A stretch of 59,595 nt of DNA, the filler included, from Sphacelaria rigidula (taxonomy: Eukaryota), in NCBI GenBank assembly GCA_964200075.2. It is 9 parts of 9 records of this genome, joined end to end, with 100 filler letters (N's around TTAATTAATTAA, not from the genome) between each part and the next. Parts side by side here need not be neighbours in the genome. Positions count along the whole stretch, not along the records: positions 53,064 to 59,595 come from CAXNAA020019514.1; 8 more parts are not named here. The stretch is one strand, 5' to 3'. The notes below the pieces were generated by a model that had not been told where the DNA came from, did no database searches, and saw only the letters and a program-made list of their open reading frames with translations. The position numbers and the translations under genes were made by a program. The first letter of the stretch is position 1; each line of letters starts with the position of its first letter. Below are positions 53,150-59,595 of this stretch, in pieces.

Positions 53150-53560
53150 CCCCCCTCAAATGAGCCCAAAACCTGTCACGAACAAAACGGGCATGATTCG
53201 ATTGATTGATTGATTGACTGTCGCACTTAAAACTGACCCCCCAGGCGTCCAGCCGTGGTCCCATGATAAACATACCCAACAAAAACAAAACTGAAAACAC
53301 TCGTGGAGAAAAAACGGAACAGAAAAAAGTCGAACAGAACGACCAGTAGACTAAGACGTGAAAAACAAAACAAAAAAACAAAACGGGCAAACGCGCATGA
53401 TAGCTGATTTCAGACTCCATCCATAAAGTGCTACATATGGAGGACATTGACGAAAACGATCCCCAAGCGTGTCAGTTCCCAACTGCTCGGCCTTTACCAT
53501 TTTGATTTGCACGTAGATTTTGACCCCTCGAACCAGCCACTTTTCTGGGGCGGGCTGTCG
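53150..53560. mobile_element. Second copy of the unclassified repeat at 13609-13935, itself interrupted by an RTE 3' fragment
   Basis: Shared sequence blocks; it lacks the 13630-13696 insert. Confidence 0.65.
53199..53388 (-). mobile_element. 3'-only RTE LINE insertion with a TSD of about 13 bp
   Basis: Flanked by AAACGGGCATGAT / AAACGCGCATGAT; has a (GATT)n tail. Confidence 0.85.
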
Positions 53561-53629
53561 CGGCATTAGCCCGAGACATCATATTTCCGAGAATTCCTTG
53601 TCCGACCAAGCGGTCACCTGACCTCCACA

Positions 53630-53680
53630 TGACCACGGCTGGATCTTAGGGGATCAGTTAGTGTGCGACAATCAGTCATC
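53630..53680 (+). mobile_element. Tiny RTE 3' end relic
   Basis: TGACCACGGCTGGATCTTAGGGGATCAGTTAGTGTGCGACAATC. Confidence 0.7.
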
Positions 53681-54548
53681 AAAAAGAACCCTTTTGGAAC
53701 CGTTGATGGAAAAATGACGATTTACAATCGACGTTGTCTTTGGGCCAAATATCGTTGTTGTTTTTTTTCTGCAAGTGTTGATGATGCAGCCCACCGAAGC
53801 GGTGCCCACTCTGAGTTCAAGTGTACTAATGTGACAGATTCGTGCACCGAACTCGAAGTGACGTTTCCCCGGTGACGAAATGCTCGCATATGGGCGTTTG
53901 TACTGTTTTTCGCGAGTTCCTAAAGGGTCAAGCGGGGTAGAGATGGGTTGATAACTTGGAGGTCATAGATTCGTGCCGAGGACGGGGGCGGGGGATGCGA
54001 CGAGAAAAAAATATTTTCGATCGGTTTCAGCAGGGAAGAACGGCAAACGGATGATACTGGGGGGGGTCTTTTTTTTTAGCTTCAGCGCTAAAGACGCACG
54101 GTACTTCCCACAAAAAAAAAAACTGAATTTTCCAAAAATCGAGAGGGGACGACATGGTAAACTCTCACGACGATAGTCACCGACTGCTACCAACTTCCCG
54201 GTCACAACCATCTGCTACTGCTATCGCATCCCGTCGAGATACGTCATTCTCTAGACTTCGTCTATGTCCAGCAGTAAAAACAAAGAGCCTGCACTAGCGA
54301 AGGAAGGGGCAGGTGCATCGACAGACCACTCGACGATCTTCTCGATGATACACCCATCTACCGACGTCGTAAGCTCCGCTGCTGCTGCCGAATTAATCGA
54401 GTTCTGGCAATGATATCAAGGGATGATGCTGCCCCGGGGTTTACGGTAGAACCGCGATATATGGTGTGTACCACCCCCGGATGATGAGTCTTTGGGAACC
54501 AAGAACTTGCCAATGGAGGGTACTATCAATGGCGAGGGGAGGGCGGAG

Positions 54549-54587
54549 TGTACTCATGATCTTGCATGCCGTAGTCACATGACCATT
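54549..54587 (-). mobile_element. 3' fragment of the C-run-targeting LINE (subfamily B)
   Basis: TGTACTCATGATCTTGCATGCCGTAGTCACATGACCATT between G-rich flanks. Confidence 0.75.
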
Positions 54588-54749
54588 TACGGCCAAGGAG
54601 AGGGGGGGGGGGGGGGGGGGGTGGGGAGGGGGGGGGTAAAGAAGGTGGGCTGGTGTCCTTACAGGAATGTTGGGCCGGAAGACAAAGTTGGGTTTGGTGN
54701 NNNNNNNNNGGATGAGTGGGTGAGTGGAGGGTGTAGTGCTAAGGAGGAA

Positions 54750-54782
<33 letters not shown>

Positions 54783-55174
54783 GGTTGGAAAGGTGTTGGT
54801 GAAGAAGGTGGCCTCGTTGCCTTACATGATACTTGTGCGCGAAATCAACATGTGGTTTGATGACGTGCGATTTGATGCCTGCGAACCTTGTGGTGCAAGA
54901 TCTCTATGTACAAAACAGTACACTGAAGTACAGTTCGGTACAGGGACAATAAAATGACGCATTTTACAGTGCAACGTAGATTTATATATATATATATATT
55001 GCAGCACAGTAGAATATACTGTTTCCACATACATACGCTTAGAACTTCAACGCCATTTCTAGGAACAGCCTGCGTCTGAGAGACTTGACCCCGATCCGGC
55101 AAACTCGACGCTGAACTTGAAGCCGCAACAACGCTTACTGTATAGTCTGAACATGGGGGATGGCGGGGGGGGGG

Positions 55175-55900
55175 CGTACTCATTTGTTGCTCACGAAAGT
55201 CGTTTGACAATTGCCCACGCATTCCTTGCGAGGCGGACCACCGTTCCTACTCCTACAAGACACACTTCCAACATTCCGGCGCTCATTACGTTCCTTCCAT
55301 ACATTACACAAGAACCTTTTACATATCTTATCCCCGTCTTGTTCCGCGGTCTGTGGCTACCCTCTGTCTCCTAGTGTAGCGATCGTTTTTTCGCTACTGT
55401 TTAATCCGTCGAACGAATTCATGCCGCCTGCTTACGTCCCACATTTCCCCCTCTGACAAGCTCCGTTCCTGTGAACTGCCACTATGTTAGTTCAGCTCTC
55501 GATTGCTTCGCCACAGGGGCAATCCTGTGCATCTGCTTCCTCCTCTACTCAACTGCTAGTATGTTTCTACTTTTCTGGCAGGTCCAGGTCCCCCATCCGA
55601 AATCACAGTTTCAATTTTTTCGCAGTCCATTGCGCCGTGCAGATATGTTTTTCACTCCCGTCCTATCTCCCAACCCCCTATATGACTTCAGGTGCTCTGT
55701 CTCGTCTACTTTCCGCCCTAGTGTTCATTTTCCTATTGTTTCTATCATGTCTCTTACTTTTTTCTTGTACCCCCTGCATTCACCTGTGGACAAAATCTCG
55801 TCTTATTTTCTCCCATGTTCTTCCATTATTTCTCGACTACGCTATCTCACCTCATTCCAGCCTGCCCTTTCATTATTTTCTTCGGTACAGACCTATCAAC
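55175..55900 (-). mobile_element. 726-bp 5'-truncated copy of the C-run-targeting RTEX-like LINE (C-terminal region with a Cys knuckle relic)
   Basis: Degenerate frame EHLKSYRGL..TYLHGAMD..KLKL*FRMGDLDLPE..QDCPCGEAIES*TNIV..SSEKTIATLGDR..FLCNVWKERNER..SNK*, then GTACG-C10. The flanks TATAGTCTGAACATGGGGGATGGCGGG / TATGGCTAAAAATGGGGAAAGGGGGG resemble a decayed TSD. Confidence 0.8.
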
Positions 55901-56115
55901 TATGGCTAAAAATGGGGAAAGGGGGGGATGATAAATTACGCCCCTCTAGACGCTACGTTGAGTTTCTGGGATGGTGGTACGTCATGGAGTGGTATGCAAC
56001 CTACATGTCACATGTACTGTACAGTACGGGGCTGTTGTACGAGTCCCGCCACTGTACTGTTGCATTCCCGACCAACCTGCGTTGGTGTGGGCTGCCATAT
56101 TTTCCAAGCTCGTAG

Positions 56116-56311
56116 GAGTACCATCCTGCGCACATGACCAACGATCACGTCTATCGCCGCGCCAAGGCGGGCGGGGCCGGGAACCGGCAACGGTCGCGGG
56201 GGGGGGCGCGATCTCCTCCCGGTACCGCTAGAGGCAGTAGCAGCGGCAGAACCATGTTGCATAACTTAGGCAGCTTTGCCTATCCCTTTTCGCAAAAGAG
56301 GACGGCGGGAG
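56116..56311 (+). CDS. Possible host exon, product unknown
   Basis: Acceptor CTCGTAG|, open frame EYHPAHMTNDHVYRRAK..QKRTAG, possible donor GTTAGT. Confidence 0.3.
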
Positions 56312-57063
56312 GGTTAGTTGTAAGGATACCGTAGCGCGATACTCGTCTCATGGCGAAATAGATAGTCACGCTTAACTAACTGGGCAACACAAGGTAGCTC
56401 ATTTTGTAGTAAGTGCTTGATGCTGCCAACGACCACCAATTTTATGTAACGACGTCCCAGATACCCCCCCCCCACCTCTGATTTGATCGATCAATCGTGT
56501 GGTTGATTGTGTCGCGTTGCAGTAACTTGAACGAAAATGATTGCCCTTGCCGACTACTTCTGGATACGTCGCGAATCTGAAGTTGATTGGTCGGTTTTTC
56601 CTTACATTCATCAATCCATTTGAAGTGTGTTTGTACTGTTTATTATCATAATACAAGATGTCAATACGAAGGAACTATGGCCGTCGTCAGTATACAGCAC
56701 AGTACAGTACAGTACATAGAGGTAAACCACATGATAGTATTGGGTGATTCAGGTTATCATTGCAAAGGGACTGGCAGAAGCTGTGGAATACATGTGGCAA
56801 TCTTGATTCTGTGGTATAATCGAGTAGAAACCGAATGGTATGATAATATTTTTGGTATTTTCCCTGAACAGTACAGTCATTTTTTGTGTTCCGAAAATAG
56901 AAGCACATTATCCTGTGATGATAGTCGCACTGAACTCCGAACGCTGTAACTTGTACTCGTGCACTACTAGTGCAAGTGGTCGTAGACGGATTATACAGGA
57001 CGGCACAATTCGTCGAGACGGGCACACACAGGAGTCCTCCGTACAGTACTGTGGTACATCAGT

Positions 57064-57194
57064 TTTTTTTTTTCTTTTTTTCTCTCTCTTAAAGCGTGTT
57101 TGAATTTCGTTTTCCTTGGGTACGTCTATCATGAGACCACGGCTGGACCCCTGGGGGGTCAGTTAAAGTGCGACAATCAATCAATCAAATCAAT
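57064..57194 (+). mobile_element. 3'-only RTE LINE insertion with a short TSD
   Basis: CATCAGT on both sides; GACCACGGCTGGACCCCTGGGGGGTCAGTTAAAGTGCGACAATCAATC. Confidence 0.85.
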
Positions 57195-58417
57195 CATCAG
57201 TGCACAGAGCTACGCGTACGGAGCCATTACCGATACGGTGCAGTAACAGTAGAACAGGAAACGTCTAAGTACATCGAAACAAGTCTAGAGCACGGGTAGT
57301 AGAAGAAGACGTTCGAGTACTGCATGCCACCTGTTGTTCTCCCATATATACACAAGACCAGTACCGTGTCGCACAAGCACCGCAAGAGCGCCGCTGTCCG
57401 AGAGGATTAGTCCGCATGTACGCGAGGAGCGAACGGCGTTACTGGTTTGGCGATTTCTCTGCAAGATCGCGCGTATGCCTGCCTGCCGAGAGCGCAAGAC
57501 GGGTAAAGAAACAACTGGTGAACACAATGCGGCACGCTTTTCACGACAGTGCCTTCACGATATGCGCAGCAGAACCTGCGGATGAATGCAAGCCTGCTAA
57601 CGTATGCAGTAAAATACTACTGATACTGCCAACAACAGTTAACGGTCAGTACTCGACATACCACTACAGCACTGCATACTGCAGTAGATCTTGGAGAATC
57701 AATGAGAATTGTCATGATTTGGGCCATAGGTGCAGTAGGCACTCTCTACCCACTTCTGCGCGTTGAGCGGTATACGGTAGGACTTGATAGTGCCAACAAA
57801 CCCATGGCTAAACCGAGTATTCGCTTTCAACTCACCCTCCTCAACTGCGTTGCCGCTCCAGTTCGCAGAGGTATCTGTCACGAGCAGTACCCTAATATGC
57901 TACGGATATCAGACTGGACAATGGCAGTAAAGCGTGGTATAACACCCCTCATTCCACAAGCTGTCTAATCCTCATTCTTTTCGAGAACTACGACCCTGTT
58001 ACGGAAGCAAACTTGCGAATTTTGAAAGATAAGTATATTTTTCGGTCTGGACGCACTCTCCCTAGGCAAGACAAGACCTTCCCTTCAAAGAACATCAATA
58101 AACAATCTCAGGCCGACAGGGGTGCTATACTCCGTTCATCAATATACTGGCACTACTGTACTATCCAAAACGGTTGGGAATATCGAAATATCCGTAAAAG
58201 GATGGAAGACTCACTGAAGAATTGTCAGAGTTTAGAATGGGATACACGTGCATTTTGCCAAACTCAGGAGAGATGGAACGGGATATCATATCTACACAGT
58301 ACAAATCATCTCTCACCTTGGGGAAAACTTGCACAGCCAGAGATACAAAGATTTACACGGGCACCCTCGGGCGCGGCACCTACTGGCGACATCGCTTCTT
58401 CTCCTTGACCATGGAGT

Positions 58418-59005
58418 ATGACCAAATCGCCGGTAGTCAATCTTCGCCCACGAGTGATCTACATACAACTAGCAGCCATGAAGAGGCTCCCGCCGGTGCG
58501 CTCAGCATCAGCGAAATCAGCAATAGGTAGTCGTATAAGAGACACCACTTTCATGAACATGATGAAATTAATTTTGCCATGCACTATGCTATTGCTTGTT
58601 CGAGCTTCATCACCATCCGGTACAGCAGCAAATGCACCACCACATCACGATACCCGACCTTGTGTGTTCGGATCTGGTCGGCGGAGGGCCGTACCGGCGG
58701 CATTACTACAGGGAGGACGTGGTGCCATTAGCAGCAAAGCCATAACTCACATCGAAGATGAAAGACACTTCACGAGCTCAGAGGGAGGCATAGATGGCAC
58801 GGATAATAGCGCAGCGATGTTTGCGGATCCTTCATGGACGCCAGCTGCATTTCGGGCTTTTCATGAGATGCGAGCTGGGCCACCGGCATTATCACCACCG
58901 ATGGCTGCTGCAACCGAGGGTGGGGTAGCGGTAGATCTAGCTCCAGGCAATAGAAGCTTGCTTCAAGGTTTTCGAAGACGCTTCACTCCGTTCACAATGA
59001 GGTAA
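58418..59005 (+). CDS. Possible host exon or ORF, product unknown; contains a signal-peptide-like stretch
   Basis: 195-codon open frame including MKLILPCTMLLLVRASS; candidate donor AG|GTAAGA at 59002. Confidence 0.35.
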   Translation: MTKSPVVNLRPRVIYIQLAAMKRLPPVRSASAKSAIGSRIRDTTFMNMMKLILPCTMLLLVRASSPSGTAANAPPHHDTRPCVFGSGRRRAVPAALLQGGRGAISSKAITHIEDERHFTSSEGGIDGTDNSAAMFADPSWTPAAFRAFHEMRAGPPALSPPMAAATEGGVAVDLAPGNRSLLQGFRRRFTPFTMR

Positions 59006-59595
59006 GATAGTGTTGCGTTGATCGGGGGAAGAGGGCTTCAGAGCCTTCAACCTGGTGGCAGGTACTGCAGGTGATGATGAGGAATAACACCCCCTCCGTC
59101 GACTTTTTAAATCTCGAAAATCAAGACTTCGCGCTCCAACATCCTTCAGATTTCCGCAATGATTTTTCATCTGTCCGGCAGGAACATTTCCGACGTTGTG
59201 CCCGACGCATCGTCAATAAATATTTTGAAAAAGTTTCTCGCCGTCGGCGGGGGGCTGGGGGGCAGGGGTGTTATACTCCGTCACATGATGCTCACCACTG
59301 CGTAAGCGAGCATGAGAGTGGTGTGATGCTGGTGAACTGCGCTGTAGTCATGACCGGAAGTCACGACCATTGTCAAATTTCCCCTCCGAGCTGATGTTCA
59401 TGCTCGCGAGGGTCAATAACGTGGCTCGTTGCCTCCCCTTTGGCATTTAGACCCTCTTGTGGACAATGGCAGCATGCTCTACAGTTATGGGGGTGAAGGG
59501 GGCCCGATTTTGGGCACTACATATCTGTAAAATGGACCGATCACTATCCACTGCAGAAAAAGTGACCCATAATCGAGCCAATCGTATCAATCACA

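Overview
This is eukaryotic, repeat-rich DNA, most likely from a brown alga (Phaeophyceae). That assignment is inferred from the retroelement proteins, a GH128 exon, long GT-AG introns and TTAGGG-like repeats. The window is not one locus. It is nine unrelated contigs of 6533 or 6532 bp, sorted by size and joined by identical 100-bp spacers (N44-TTAATTAATTAA-N44). It holds decayed Copia and chromodomain-Gypsy LTR elements, two RTE-clade LINE copies with several 3'-only relics, several MITEs and foldbacks, and a few host exons (GH128 beta-1,3-glucanase; a four-exon Tudor-knot/chromo-barrel-like gene fragment). Two observations stand out. (1) An RTEX-like LINE family, with nine clear copies plus one garbled one, has almost no 3' UTR and no poly(A) or microsatellite tail, and its ends and target-site duplications sit at C-runs, suggesting poly(C)/poly(G)-directed insertion. 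(2) An RTE LINE ORF begins with two tandem PAM2 (PABP-binding) motifs ahead of the APE endonuclease and RT.
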